Source: Vicugna vicugna
Taxonomy: Eukaryota
NCBI GenBank assembly: GCA_013265495.1
Contig: MU057796.1
Location: 806,001 to 846,769, forward strand
Length of the DNA: 40,769 nucleotides
Direction of reading: 5' to 3'
The notes beneath the pieces are model-generated. The model saw nothing but the letters and a program-made list of their open reading frames with translations, ran no database searches and had not been told where the DNA came from. The translations under genes and the position numbers were made by a program. This document shows positions 1 through 13,045 of the stretch, piece after piece (the stretch's first letter is position 1; each line of letters opens with the position of its first letter).

Positions 1-2344
1 GACTACTGCAGTTACATATTAGAGCCCTTTTTCTAGGGCGTTTAAAATTTGAACAGTTCTACTTTACCATTAATACATTTCTCTCCATGTAATAAACACA
101 ATCTAAAGGAAAAGAAGTAAAATAATTATAGATTATATTTGTTATAAAGAAAATCTACCTCTATCTATGTATCTTTAATTACTGGGTGAAAATCTTGGGA
201 TTTGGCATATAATTAAGTTCACAGGTGGGCATTTTGTAATAGGGTTTTCCTATGTATTAATGCAGTTTAGTCACCCCATCCATTTATTCTAAGTAAATAC
301 TAGAGTTTATGCATATGTTTAAATTTCATGCCTTATCTGCTACAGAAGGGAAGTGAATTTAAGAGGTAAAGCATTAATTTTTATAGTTTAAATCATAACT
401 TGTAAAGTTTCTGTATTGGTTTTTATGAATATTTTTCTCTTTAGTTATTTTGAGCATGTCAGTGATGTCACCCAGCTTACTGAAACTAGCCCCTCTTCCT
501 ATTTGAATTTGTTTCTTACAACTTTGTTACAGTAGAACCCAAATAATTGTCCAAACAAGATAAAATATTGCTGACAGAAAGGCCTAAAGGTGTTCTGAGT
601 CAAGTCTATCAGTTTCAGAATCAGCAACCTCTTCAGCTGTCTAGAATTGATGAAAATAATTGTAACAAGTAAGAGTTGGTAACAGAAAAGGTCTTATAGA
701 GTATCTGTAATGTATGATAGTAAATGTCAACAGTTTATGGTCTTGTTTGTTCATTCTCCTGTGCTTCTGCTTTTGTTTGCCCAGAATGTGATCATAATCC
801 TACTAAGCGTTCATGGTCCAGCCTCGACATGTCTTGTGTTGTGACTGCTGCTCCTCTTACTCCCTTGTTGCTCCTGTCATTTCTTCCAACTTCCTATCTT
901 CTTATATCTGTGATAATACCTGATTTATCTGTTTTCCCTCAGTGCCTGGTAGAGTAAACACCAGGTGCACTGTGCTAAGTATGCATGAAATGCAAAGGTT
1001 AACGATACACTGTAGTAGTTTACTGTTTACTTTTTCTGAGTATTTCCTCTGAGTCAGGCACTGTGCTAATTTTCGTCTACATTTTATAGAGTGGGGCCAG
1101 TGAAAAACATCTGGCTAAAACAAGGATTCAGATTCAAATCTGACTCCGGAGCTGTTAACTATTTCTATCCCTTAGGAAAACAAACAAACAAAAAACCAAA
1201 TTATTATACTAGGACAAAATAGAGACTAAAAGAGGGGAGAGGTGGGTGCAGAGAAAATGATACATGAATTAAAGGTCATGATAAATATGTTATAGACTTG
1301 CATGAAATGAAGGCTGCATTCTAAGGGTGGGAAAAGATTAAGCAAAAAGACAAGATGTGGGATGTGAAACTTCATGCTATATTTGGAGAATAATAATTGG
1401 TTCAGTAGGGCTGAACCATATTCATACTAGGAGATTAAGATGGAAGCAGAAGTTGGGATCAGAGGCAATACACCTGGCATAATCGTTTCTTCTCATGCTA
1501 TCTTCACTATACACTGTTTGCATGCTTATCTCAGTATAAAACACTAAACGTGAATACCCAAGGCGTGACTGTAAAGGTATTCGTGGAAGTAGAACAGCCT
1601 CCTTAAAGAGCAGTAAGAACTTCTCTTAAAGCTGTAGTAAAACTTTAAAGTATTAGAAACTGAGCGCTGTGACTGTTTTTCATAAACCGTGCTTAAAATA
1701 GCAGAAAGGGAGGCAGGATTGCGGTGGGTGGGGGGGTGTCGGGTCAGGGATGTCCTCACTTCGCATTTATACTAATCCAAGCCTACCAAGCTTCATGACT
1801 AGTATTGTGCGGACAAATACCAGTCATCTTTCCAGGCATTCATTTTCATCTGAAAAACATGAAGTCTGTATATATGGAGGTTCCCCCTGGTGCAGCTCAT
1901 AGTTTTAAAATCAGTGGCAGTGGGTAGCATGAAGGAAGAGCAGAGCGGGAAAAGTCGGTCACGGGTGAAGAGGAAGAGCAAATATCCCTGTGACACAGCA
2001 AAATAAAACCCCAGCCAGAAAGATTAGGTTTTAATTCCTTTCGCTAGCTTCCTGACGTCACAACCCTAAAATTTGAGCGATCTGTACAGTCATATTAAAG
2101 AAGAGGGCAATGGGAGCAGTCCACCTAGGCAGGAGGGACGTTTGCCCTCTGAAATTGCTTAGAACTACCCACATATGATGATGATGATAAAGTAGAACTA
2201 GACCAAGTCAGTTTTATTGTCCTTAAACTCTGCAAACACCCTCTTTTTGCCTGTGCTGGGGCATGCAGTTCCCACCATACCCCTTCTCGAAACACACACC
2301 CCGAAGCTTCTTTCTCTTAATTCACATGTTGGCTGCACGTGTCC

Positions 2345-2640
2345 TCTATGTGCCTTCCTCATTCTGTGATGACTGAGGAGCAGCCTCCATCAGGAGTGGG
2401 CAGTTCTCCTGGTGGGGGAAAAAGAGGAAGATAATTGGCAAAACCACTGATGACACGTAAAGCTTCTTTTAGGAGCTAGCAGAATGTCACTTCTGCTTAT
2501 GTTTCTCTGGCCAAAAAAGTGACCTGGCCAAACCTGATGTCAGTGAGGCTAAGAGGCAGACTCCTCCCACAGAGAGATCCTGCAGGTCCTGTAGCAACAA
2601 ACAGTGATAATACTCTTAAAGGGAAACACATGGAATTGAG
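2345..2640. mobile_element. Ancient MaLR LTR relic (MLT1-like)
   Basis: The tgtcacttctgcttatgtttctctggccaaa...gtgacctggccaaacctga motif is characteristic of old MLT1 LTRs. Confidence 0.6.
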
Positions 2641-3956
2641 AACAGTAATACCATCTGCTGCCATAGGTTACTGTAGGTCCGGGGGATTTAAGAGTTTAAA
2701 TTAATGGAAAGGATATAAAGAGTCCACCTAGAAATAAGGAATTTTTTGACTATCAGACTGATATTTGCCCAGGTGCTGATATAATAACTTTTACCATTTA
2801 AAAACGTCAGATAATCATTTTTTTCTTGAATTTTGTAAGTGTTCATGTGCGTAAAGAGCAGTGGCTTATTGTTAGCTGTGTTCTTAATAAAATACAGTAG
2901 TTAGACGACAAAGAGCCTTTCTTGGCCCAGTTCTTCATAATAAGAGAACCCAGAAAGTGATTGTAGATGGATAGGAGAGTTAGTACACAGCGGATGCCTG
3001 GGGAATGAATTCTCTGGCCGAAATCAGTGGAGAAAGGCTGGGAGGATCGTGGAAGTGAATTGTGCAGTTATGGCAATAGGAAGAGAAAAGAAGTCCAGGG
3101 GTTAATACTAATCATTGTAGTGATTACAGCAAATTGTATCCTTCAGAGACTTTTCCTCCTACTGCCTTACTTCACTTACTCATTTAGAGTGCTGTTTCTA
3201 TGCATAAAAAACCTCAGTGGACTTCGCTATATGTTTCCTACCCTGTCTTCTCTGCTGACACAGCACAAATCAGCACACAGCAGTGGGTTCTTGTGGAGGT
3301 AGCTAGGACTTCCTGCGCATAGTTTGGGAAATCATGGAAGAGTAAGAAAAAATGACCAGTGACCTACCTACTTTCAATTGATGGCATTAACTGAATTCTG
3401 TTTCTAACATTGGCAATGAAGAACATCAGACGCTCAAGAGCATTTGATAATTGATTTAAAATCTGTTTCATAGTGGTTCCCACATTATTTTCATACGTAT
3501 AGTTAGTGAATGAAGAGGCAATATAAAACATAGAACAAAGTGACTTTAAAGGGAAATTCTACTTAAAGCTTACAGGGAAATTATATCCCAGTTTTTTGTT
3601 TTGTTTTGGAAGGACTCTTAATAGCACTTTAAAATGTTATCTGCAAGTTAAAATGTAATTTAGATATGCATGATTATTCTTGAAGCTCAAAGATTCTTTG
3701 ATTACTTGTGACAGCAGATTGCTCTTGATAATAATGAAGGGTATAAGAAATAAGCTTTAAAGACCTTTTCAGTAATGAATTGCATACTTATATCTAGTTA
3801 AGGAACTGAGCACAGGCCTTCCTTGTATTTCAGTAGGTGTTTAGAAGCATAGCTAATGTTACAACATTTTAAAAGGTTATGGTGAGCAGACAGCTAGGTG
3901 AGAAAGAGGTACTTGTTTCGTGACTACTGGATATTAGATAGTCCCATTGTAGCAGT

Positions 3957-3987
3957 TGTTTTGTTTTGTTTTGTTTTGTTTTGTTTT
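3957..3987. repeat. (GTTTT)n microsatellite
   Basis: About 6 tandem GTTTT units. Confidence 0.9.
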
Positions 3988-4454
3988 CCTTCTCTTCTGT
4001 AACACTTTGCCAGTTAAAGCTAGGTGAGGCTAGATAATTTTGAAAGCTATATTGTTCAGCAATCCCTGTTCACCAGTAAATTGGCTGAGAAAGGGGTTGT
4101 TTGCTCTAACGTTCCTCTGATAAAAAGCATCTGATTATATATGACTAATGTAGAGAACTACTTTTAGAGTAAATGTAATTTTGATGATCAATCTGAGTTT
4201 TTAAACATAGCTAATTAAAATAATATTTAAGTATTTGACTTAATGTTTAGAATCTCTTGCTAGTGGGGGGACCTAAAAGTGTTTCTGGTATAATACACAT
4301 TGAACTTTTCTCCTAAGTGCTACTTACTAGGGATGAAGAAAAGAAAATGCTTACAAGTATCCTAGAATTATATCATTAGAATCTCTTTATTTATATCTCA
4401 ATATTTTTTTGAGGGTAGGGGATTACTGTATGTTTAAATTTTACTTTAGAAGGT

Positions 4455-5334
4455 GTTTTGGGGAGGGGTTGGTTTTTTGGGGTTTTTTTTACAACTGGAT
4501 GCTTTTTATTGCATAGGACAATGGTTGCAGGCCACAAAGATTCGGGAAGACCCACTGCTTGGGCCCCACAAAAGGCAGTATTCACCCTCTCAGTTAGGAG
4601 TCTTCTGGGGTTGGCGGGGATAGGCTTTTTCCCGCATGGCTCTGGTGGGAAGTCCACGACAGTACTCAGTTCAAGAAGAGGCGCGTCCGAGCCTAGCTGT
4701 AGAGGGGTGAGTGGATAAGGTGGGCCAGGCTCATTTCAGGTACCTGGGTGTGACCCTGAAGACGCGGGTGTGGATGGCCGAGTTGCTGCGAATGCGAGTC
4801 AGCGGCTCTCGCGTATCGGTCTCTGGTTCCAGCTCATCAGCAGGCTCCACGGTAGAAGTACTGGCGGCCACCTGCAAGGGCCCGAAGCTGCCAGCCTGCA
4901 GCTGGAGGGCAGTGCTGATGGCGCGGTTGATGGCCAGGCCCAGGCCGTGAATGTAGGTCTCAGTGCGCGCGTTCTGACCCCGCGCCCCTCCGTCCAGCAG
5001 CAGCGGGCCAGCTGGGCCTTAAAGTCAGTCTCCGTGTTGACGTAAATGTCATCGGGCCTCCGGGGCCGACGGTGGGGAAGCCGCGTCCGCAGGGTGTTAC
5101 TCCACCGGGTCCAGCTCAGTCTCCACGGCCCCGCGGGGCTCTCGGTTTTCGGCCGTGTTCTGTGCTTCTCTCCGGCCCGCAGTTTCCGCCCCGCGCCCGC
5201 GCCCGGCCGCTTCAGCGTAGCGCCGACCGGCCTGCAATGGAGGCTGCTGCCCGCGGGCCCCAAGGAGGGAAGAGAAAAAAGGCGCGCGCCGCAGCCCTAG
5301 CGGCACCTGGCTCCTGAAAGGGTTGCCGAGCGCC
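4455..5334 (-). pseudogene. POP7: Processed pseudogene of POP7 (RNase P/MRP subunit p20), intronic and antisense to MINDY3; former CDS 5156..4740
   Basis: The minus strand encodes AENREPRGAVETELDPVE...DIYVN..TDFKAQLARC...YIHGLGLAINRAI..ALQLQAGSFG.LQVAA.TSTVE..DELEPETDTREPLTRIR.NSAIH.RVFRVTP. The start is ATG->ACG. There is a +1 insertion near 5097 giving TAA, a 7-nt deletion near 5000, and loss of the stop. AATAAA at 4510-4505, eroded poly(A) at ~4455-4490, and TSD TAGAAGGT at 4447-4454 and 5335-5342 beside a TTT/AAAA L1-endonuclease site. Confidence 0.95.
4680..5334. promoter_or_regulatory. CpG-island-like segment formed by the POP7 retrocopy
   Basis: Very GC- and CpG-rich (gcgcgc, ccgcgg, cgccga) against an AT-rich, CpG-depleted background. 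Confidence 0.7.
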
Positions 5335-7077
5335 TAGAAGGTTTTTTTTTTTTAAAGATAATTTTAATGATATTCTTGGGAATAAGCACAAAGGGACATA
5401 TTTCTCTCTCTCTCATTAGATTGTGACCTTAAATGTATAGCCTAAGTTCTTATCTGATAGGCTTGATAGTATTCAAAACATTGAGTGGTGGATAGTTATA
5501 TAGGAAGAATAAATATGTAATCTAAAAGCTATTCCATATTAAGTGTTGGAAATGGAAAATCAGTGTAGAATCCTCTTCATGTTATTGTTCACACTTACAC
5601 AGTTTTTACATGAGAGTTCTAATTTACTCTTTCCTTTCTAATTAAATCATTTCCTTTATGTGCAATGGCAAAAAATTGGCAGTTACATCTCACTAAAGTA
5701 TGTTGTCTTGAGATTGTAATTACAGGATTCTTTCTCAATTAATAGAATTCTATACTGACTGTTCAAACTTGCTATGCAAATATGAAATCTGTTTAATATT
5801 AACATATTGCCAGACTGGATAGCTAGATCATTCTACTCCAGATCTTTAAACTGGGAACCTTGTTCAGAAGTGTTTAAGTTAAACTAATTGGTAAAAATGA
5901 GTGTTGGAATTTGTACTTTTAAATCAAATTAGAAAGTTAAATGGAATTCAGCATGAAATTGTATAATGGTAATAGGAGGTGGTTTTGTAACTTTTCCTCA
6001 TTTTATCTATAAACATTTAAACATATAAATTTAAACAAACTTTACAAGATCTTTTTCAGTAATAATCTAAAAAGCATTGTAAACACTCAAAATAAGCCAA
6101 GCCGATAATCAGTCTAGAAGATTGTACTGGTTTTGATTTGTAGATGAAAACTTTTGAATGTTTTCATTGGAACTCACTGTAGTTTTTTTTTTTTAAACCT
6201 TCTTTTCTTTTTTTCCCCTCTAGTATAAACACATCTTAAAATAAGTGATATGATTAAGAACCGTTAATTTCTACGGAGTTTAACTAATTAGCTATTAAGT
6301 ATATCACTGAGAGCCAAGGAGCAAAACAAGATTGTTTTCCTAATCATCCAAGACCCAACTGGCTTCATTAGTAATGACAGTTACAGTTGATGGCTTTTTT
6401 ATGTGGAACCTGAGCACTACCACTCGGTTGTATTTTGGGAGGAAAAAAGAAATTTCTGGTTAGGTAGTTTACATCTGGGTTTTTTTGTTGTTTCCTCACA
6501 TACAGGGTTTTGACATAACTTGTTTCACACTTTTAAACTTCAAGCTATAAATTCTCTAAATTCCTTTTTGGAACTACTCTATTTTGACGTCTTTGAAGTT
6601 ATCTGCTTTCACCTGTTTCCATATCTTACCGGGTGGTTTCTCCAGCCCTGATCTCCTTTCTCTTGGCCTGTGAGAAGCCTACGATTGGCAAACACTGGGT
6701 GTTGACAGTGATAACCATGTGCTCTACGTGGGTGTTTAACCATCACCTTCAAACTGAATGTTGAAAATCAATTCATTCTTCCAACAGAGCTGATTTCCCT
6801 GCCTAATTACTCCTTTTCTTTCACAGTTCTCAGTCCAGTTCAACTCTTTCGGTTCCCCCTTGTCCCCTGCTAATTCGCATCTTTCTACCTTTCATGGTTC
6901 TGTTCCTCCTAGCTAGAATTTCCTACCTTTTTTTCTCTTTCAGATGAGAGCCAACATATCTTCTTTGTAAAACCTATTCAGGTGATTAAGACATCACTAT
7001 ATCCCCAGATATGTCAAAAGAAGGCATGTTTGCTAAGTGTTAGAGCATTTGGGGAAAAAAATAAAATGTATCCTCTG

Positions 7078-7265
7078 AATCGTGGATCGGCAAACTATGA
7101 CCCACAGGCCAAATCAACCCCGCCACCTATGTTGTAAAATATTTATTGGAACACAGCCATGTGCATTTGTTTATGTATTGTATTATCTTGCTACTTTATG
7201 ATCAGCAAAGCCTAAGAGATTTACTTTCTGGCCCATTACAGAAAAAAAAATTTGCCACCCTTTGC
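7078..7265. mobile_element. hAT-Charlie MITE, MER58A-like
   Basis: ggcaaactatgacccacaggccaaatc...ttattggaacacagccatg...tttactttctggcccattacagaaaaa..tttgcc with degenerate terminal inverted repeats. Confidence 0.8.
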
Positions 7266-8329
7266 TCTAAATTAACACCTGTTAAACCAGAGTACACCAA
7301 GATTTTTGCCCAAGCTTCACTTGATCTTTCTATATCAGGCCAGGCCAATTCAAACAAGAATTAACTACACATTTTCTAGAGCCTAAATTTTTTTATATGT
7401 TTATAACCAGAGGCATAATAACAGATAAGCAGTGAACATTTCATTAAGTCTCCTTTAATTTCTTTTAAGCATGGTGTATTTTTTATTTGTAGTACTTGGA
7501 ACTTAGAGATGAGGCATCAGGTAGTTCATGTTTAAATTCTTTCTGTGCTCCTGTGTTTTCTGAAATCTTTAATGCCAGAGAATTTGATGCAAACATTTTT
7601 CTATAACTAAAACTGGAATCTTCTTTCTTGCCTCCACTTTATAAACAATGGTAATTTCCCAAAACTTCATTTTGTAGAAAATTAAAGTAATGCTTCAGTT
7701 TTATTCTCTTCCACCTCTTCCTCCAAGAGTCTGGTTTTTTTTTTTTTTTTTGACTAAGAAAATGATATTCCCTTTCCATCTATTTAGATCATAGTTTTAA
7801 TTAGTATTTAGAAAATTTGAAGTCATGTTTTAGAACTCATTTCAAACTTCCTCATCACTTACTAGTAACAAAGATTGAAATGCAACAGATAGTGAATGGA
7901 AGGAATGTATCTTCATCTTGGGCCCTCATATGCTCCCCTTGCATAAAATCTCATCTGCAGCTGTACACTGTCTCCTCAGCCAGAATTTCAGTGACGGTGC
8001 TCATTCACAAATACCAGTAGCCATTCTAAGGGGAGGAATTGAAGGAAAAAAGAAAAAGTAGGGTTAGAAATAGTTAAGGGGGCTAAAGCTTATTCTGGAA
8101 TACATGTAGAAATATTTCCAGTTAAGGTTTGGGAGTGGTAAAAGAAGGTAAGGAGTAATAATGAAGATAGCCCCAATGTTAATAATTGCTCCCTAAATCT
8201 GAGCGCCTACACTGCAATCCTAGCTTTGATATAATGTTAATTACAGAGCAAAGGCTTTACTGATGATACATTAGAGAAAGGAAAGCATTAAGAAATCTCA
8301 TTCAAAATAAGTTAAATGAACAAATTAAA

Positions 8330-8620
8330 CCCAAGAATCTGGCAGTAGCTTCCAAAATCACAAATGCTTTCTTCCTTTGGCCCAGCGATCCTACTCTGGA
8401 ACTCTGTCCTACAGATACAACTGTTCATGTATGAAATTACACATTCAAGTTTATTTGGTGCAGCATTGTTTGTAATAGCAAAAGATTAGACACAATCCAA
8501 GTATTCAGCAGTAAAGGACTAGATCATAAAATCAGAAAGGCATTGAGAAAGTTCAACCGGATGAAAACATGTCCCTTGTCATGTGTATAATAATCTACAA
8601 AATAATATGAAAAAGCAGGA
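8330..8620 (+). mobile_element. Old L1 (L1ME-like) 3' fragment
   Basis: cctttggcccagcgatcctactctggaactctgtcctacag...cagcattgtttgtaatagcaaaaga resembles the L1 ORF2 end. Confidence 0.65.
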
Positions 8621-9599
8621 AATACAGCCCCGGAAAGTTGCTACCAGGGGATGGTAAATGGGAAGTAGTTGTGCCTTACTAATTTTTACTGTTACAAAAT
8701 ACCAGATTTTTAAAATTATTTTAATACTTAGTTTAATACATTAAAAACATTTAGAGGCTTGTATATATTGCCTTGTTTTGATTCCCATTCCCATTTGATT
8801 TTTACTCCCATGTAAACTGAAGATACTATTATGGTGTTCAGGTACCTACTCTCATGTTTGAGTAAGAATTACACTGACTCCTAGAGTTCATTCCTTCACC
8901 TTTGAGCTAAGGATGGGATGATTAGGACAAAAGTTAATTAGTACATTTCTTTTTTTAAAAAAAAAAAGTGTTTCCACAGAGAAATAGCAATTTAAATTGT
9001 ATTTAACATTTATACTCTACAACTTCTTAAAAAGGATTCAAGAATGATAAAAATTGGAAATTTGTTCTGTGATGAAGTTTGTCTCAGTGAACACTGTTAC
9101 AGGCAGATGCTTGGACCAGATTTATGAAAAGAGGAAAACAATTACAGTGTAGATTCTAGATTCATGTCAGTCAAGTAATAGAATTTCATAATAGGTAAAG
9201 TGTGTGGGATACAGGTTTGTGAAGGATCCAAATAACACTGAATTTTGTGTTTATTTTTGATTAATTGTAATACTGCTTACCTTTTAAAGAAATTAGTCAT
9301 GATAGAGAATTAGTTTTATGGGAAAAAGAACTCTGCCTTTTGGATATTTAAGAAAAGTTAAAATTCTGAACATGCAAGAGCTAGATTGTTGATCTGTGCA
9401 TAAGTATTGAAATAAAATGCTTCCTAAATAACTTTCAAATGCATTCCTATGTAATTATTTGCTGTCATATCTCTTGATTTGAGTTTTAAATATTTGAAAA
9501 TGAGTATATTTTCAGTTATATTTCTTTTTACTTGGACAATAATATAAAGCAAAACTATCAGTCATTAATTGTAGATTCCACCTAATAGTATTACCAATA

Positions 9600-9770
9600 T
9601 AATATTAGACTTTTCAAGCTTTATATAAAACTTTATTTCATTCTTACAACAATTCTCTGTGGTTATAGTATTCCCATTTTTCAGATGTGAAATGAAGGCC
9701 CAGAGAGTTTGACTTATCTAGCTATACGCTTATGATATAAATAGAACACATAGTCTTCTGACTCCAGATG
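9600..9770 (-). mobile_element. MIR SINE relic
   Basis: Core attcccattttcagatgtgaaa..aggcccagagagttt...tctgactccag. Confidence 0.6.
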
Positions 9771-9859
9771 TCATCATTTCTTCACCCTAGCCTAATTTGT
9801 TTGTTTTTAGTGTCATGTGTATTATAGCTCATTGATAGCATGCTTTTTTATCTTTTCAG

Positions 9860-9932
9860 GATATGGCTTTAGTTGCCCCTGAGGCTCCTTCAGAACAAGC
9901 CAGAAGAGTTTTTCAAACTTACGATCCAGAAG
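9860..9932 (+). CDS. MINDY3: MINDY3 internal coding exon (73 nt): DMALVAPEAPSEQARRVFQTYDPE+G
   Basis: Acceptor tttttatcttttcag, donor G|gtaaaa. Translation matches the recalled MINDY3/FAM188A sequence. The phase-1 end fits the next exon. The preceding exon was not found in the window. Confidence 0.96.
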
Positions 9933-10803
9933 GTAAAAGATTTTATTATTTTATTAACTCTGTGTTTTATATCTTTATGTATTCGAAATATATTGATACT
10001 TTCCTGAGTTTTATTTTAAAGAGTTATTGGATTAGTGAATGAACGGTAGCTCACATTTCTTGAAAACTTTAAATGGGAAAGGGTGAAAATGGGAACAAAC
10101 TAACAGAATACTTCATTGATCATCAGAGTCTCACGTGGTATAAGGTTTTCATGTTTCTTAGGGTACGAATGTTATGGTTACTTGAATCTTGACCTCTGAT
10201 GATGTTAAACAAGGAAAAAAACTACCTCTGAATAAGCTCTTTGAAAGTTAAGTCATTTATTTATTCAAATGAATAAATGTTCCAGAATATTTTTTAATTG
10301 AGATATAATTTATATATAACATTATTTTTGTAAGGTTAAGGGATACAACGTGTTGCTCTGACATATTTATATATTACAGAATGATTACTACATTAGCATT
10401 AGGTGACACCTCTATCACGTCACGTAATTATTTCTTTTTTGTGGAGAAAATGGTTAAGATCTAGTCTCTTTAACAATTTCGAAGTTTATAATACAGTGTT
10501 GTTGACTGTAATCACCATGTTGTGCATTAGTTCTCCAGAACTTAACTACTGTTTGCAAGTCTGTACCCTTAAACATCTCCCCAGTTAACATACCTCAAGC
10601 CCCCAATAACCACCACTGTTACTCTGTTTTTACAAATTCATCTTTTCTAGATTTCACATGTGCTGTTGTGCAGTATTTGTCCTTCTGTGTCTGCCTTATT
10701 TCACTTAGCGTAATGCCCTCAAGGTTTATCCATGTCGTCATAAACGGTAGGATTTCCTTCTTTCTCATGGCTAAATGATACCCCATTGTAGGTGTGTGCA
10801 CAT

Positions 10804-10832
<29 letters not shown>
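10804..10832. repeat. (CA)n microsatellite inside the L1 3' UTR
   Basis: About 14 CA units. Confidence 0.9.
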
Positions 10833-10834
<2 letters not shown>

Positions 10835-12942
10835 CTCGTGACCTATATTTATCCAGTGATGAGTACTTAAGTTGTTTCCATATCTTGGCTGTTGTGAACA
10901 ATATTGTAGTGATTGTAGTTGTGCCAATACCTCTTTGCTACTGATTTCAGTACCTCCAGATACATAATCAGGAATGGAATTGCTGGATCATATGGTAGTT
11001 CTGTTTCTAATTGTTTGAGGAATCTCTATACTGTTTAATAGGTGTATCATTTTATATTTTCACCAACGGTGAATAAGGTTTCCCCTTTTTTTCCATAGAC
11101 TCAACCAACATTTAATCTCTTGTCTTTTTGATAAAAGTCATCCTAACAGATAGGAGGTAATATCTCACTGTGGTTTTGATTTGCATTTTCCTGATGATTA
11201 GTGATATTGAACATCTTTTCATATACCTGTTGGCTATTTGTATGTCTTCTTTAGAAAAATGTCTATTCAGGTCCATTGCTAACTTTTTAATTGGATTATT
11301 TGTGGTTTTGCTATTGAGGCCTATGGGTTCTTTATGTATTTTGTGTATTAACCCCTTATCAGATAAATAGGTTGCAAACATTTTCTCCCTCTGTGTAGGT
11401 TGCCTTTTCAGTTCATTGATTGTTTCCTTTGCTGTGCAGAAGCTCTTTAGTTTAATGTAGTCCTGCTTGTTTTATTTTAGTTTTTGTTGCCTGTGCTTTT
11501 GCTGTCTTATCCAAGAAATCATTGCCAAGACCAATGGCAAGGATCTTCTCCCCTACAATTTCTTGTAGGAGTTTTATAGTTTCAGGTCTTAGATTTAAGT
11601 CTTTGATCCATTTCGGGGTTTTTTTTTTTTGTGAGTACTGTAAGGTAGGGGTCCAGTTTCATTCTTCTGCATGTGGATATCCGTTTTCTCTAGTACTATT
11701 TAATGAAGAGACTATCCTTTCCCTATTGTGTATTCATGGCATTCTTACAAAAAAAATAGTTGACCATGGGTTTATGTCTGCGCTCAATATTTTGTTACAC
11801 TGGTCTGTGTGCCTATTTTTATGCCAGTACCATATTCTTCTAATTATTGTAACTTTACAGTGTAGCTTGAAATCAGGTAATGTGATACCTCTGGCTTTGT
11901 TCTTCCTTCTCAAAATTGCTTTGGCTATGCGTTATCTTTCATGGTTTCAGACAAATTTTAGAATAGTTTTTTCTATTTCTGTGAAAAATGTCATTGGAAT
12001 ATTGATAGAGATTGCATTGACTGTGTAGATCGCTTTGGGTAGTATGGGTAGTATGGACATTTTAACACTATGAATTCTTACAATCCCTGAGAACAGAATA
12101 TCTTTCTATTTATTTGTATTTTTTCAGTCTCTTTCATCAGTGTCTTATTGTTTTCAGTTTCTTATATTCCCTTGGTTAAACATACTCCTAAGTATTTCAT
12201 TGTTTTCAGTGCTATTGTAAATGAGGTTGCTTTTTAAATTTTTCTTTCAAATAATTCTTATTGGTGTAGAGAAATGGAACTGATAACAGTATATTGACTG
12301 TGTATCCTTCAAAATTACTGAAATCATTTATTCTGGCAGTTTTTTAGTGGTATCTTAAAGGTTTATATGTACAATCAAGTTATCTTTATAATTCTTGGTG
12401 TATTATTGTTCATAGCAGTTTCTTCTGACTGTGTTTCTCTGGTATCAGTTGTAATATATCCTTTTTAATCTCTAATTTTATTTGTCTAATTTGTTTATCT
12501 TGTCAGAAAGCCACTCTTGATTTTGTTGTCCTTTTCTATATTCCTATCCTCTATTTCATTTCTCTTTTCTGATCTTTGTTATTTCCTTCCTTTGTAAACT
12601 TTGAGCTTACTTTGTCTTCTTTTTTCAGTTGCATGAGGTGGTTTACTTGAGCTCTTTCCTGTTTCTTAATGTAGGCACTTACCACTATACCCTTCCCTCT
12701 AAAAACTGCTTTTGCAGCATCCCTTAAGTTTTAATACATTGTGCTTTCATTTTTATTTGTTTCAAGATATTTCTTGATTCTCCTTTTGATTTCTTTGACC
12801 CACTGATTATTCAGGAGCTTGTTGTTTAAACCCAATATATTTGTGTGTTTTCCAGGTTTCTTCCTATCACTAATTTCTAGTTTCCGATCTTTCTGGTAGG
12901 GAAAAATAGTCGGTATGATTGTACTTCTTTTAAATTTACTAA

Positions 12943-13045
12943 TGTTCATGTATAACTGGAATATTGTGCTCTACACTGGAATTTGACACAACATTGTAAA
13001 ATGACTATAACTTAATTTAAAAAGTTTATATATAAAAAATTTAAA
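12943..13045 (+). mobile_element. Short, 5'-truncated young L1 3' end nested in the older L1, opposite orientation
   Basis: tgtataactggaatattgtgctctacactggaatttgacacaacattgtaaaatgactataact followed by an A-rich tail. TSD taaattt(a/c)ctaa at 12931-12942 and 13046-13057. Confidence 0.75.

Noticed and set aside
4799..5263. 154-aa minus-strand ORF containing a POP7 segment, as a functional retrogene
   Set aside because: It starts at TTG and is in the POP7 frame only between the two indels. Long ORFs are expected in GC-rich DNA.
1..9859. The upstream MINDY3 exon carrying the catalytic His (…GSETHLTVFFAK)
   Set aside because: Not found by eye; it presumably lies left of the window, so this stretch is treated as intron.
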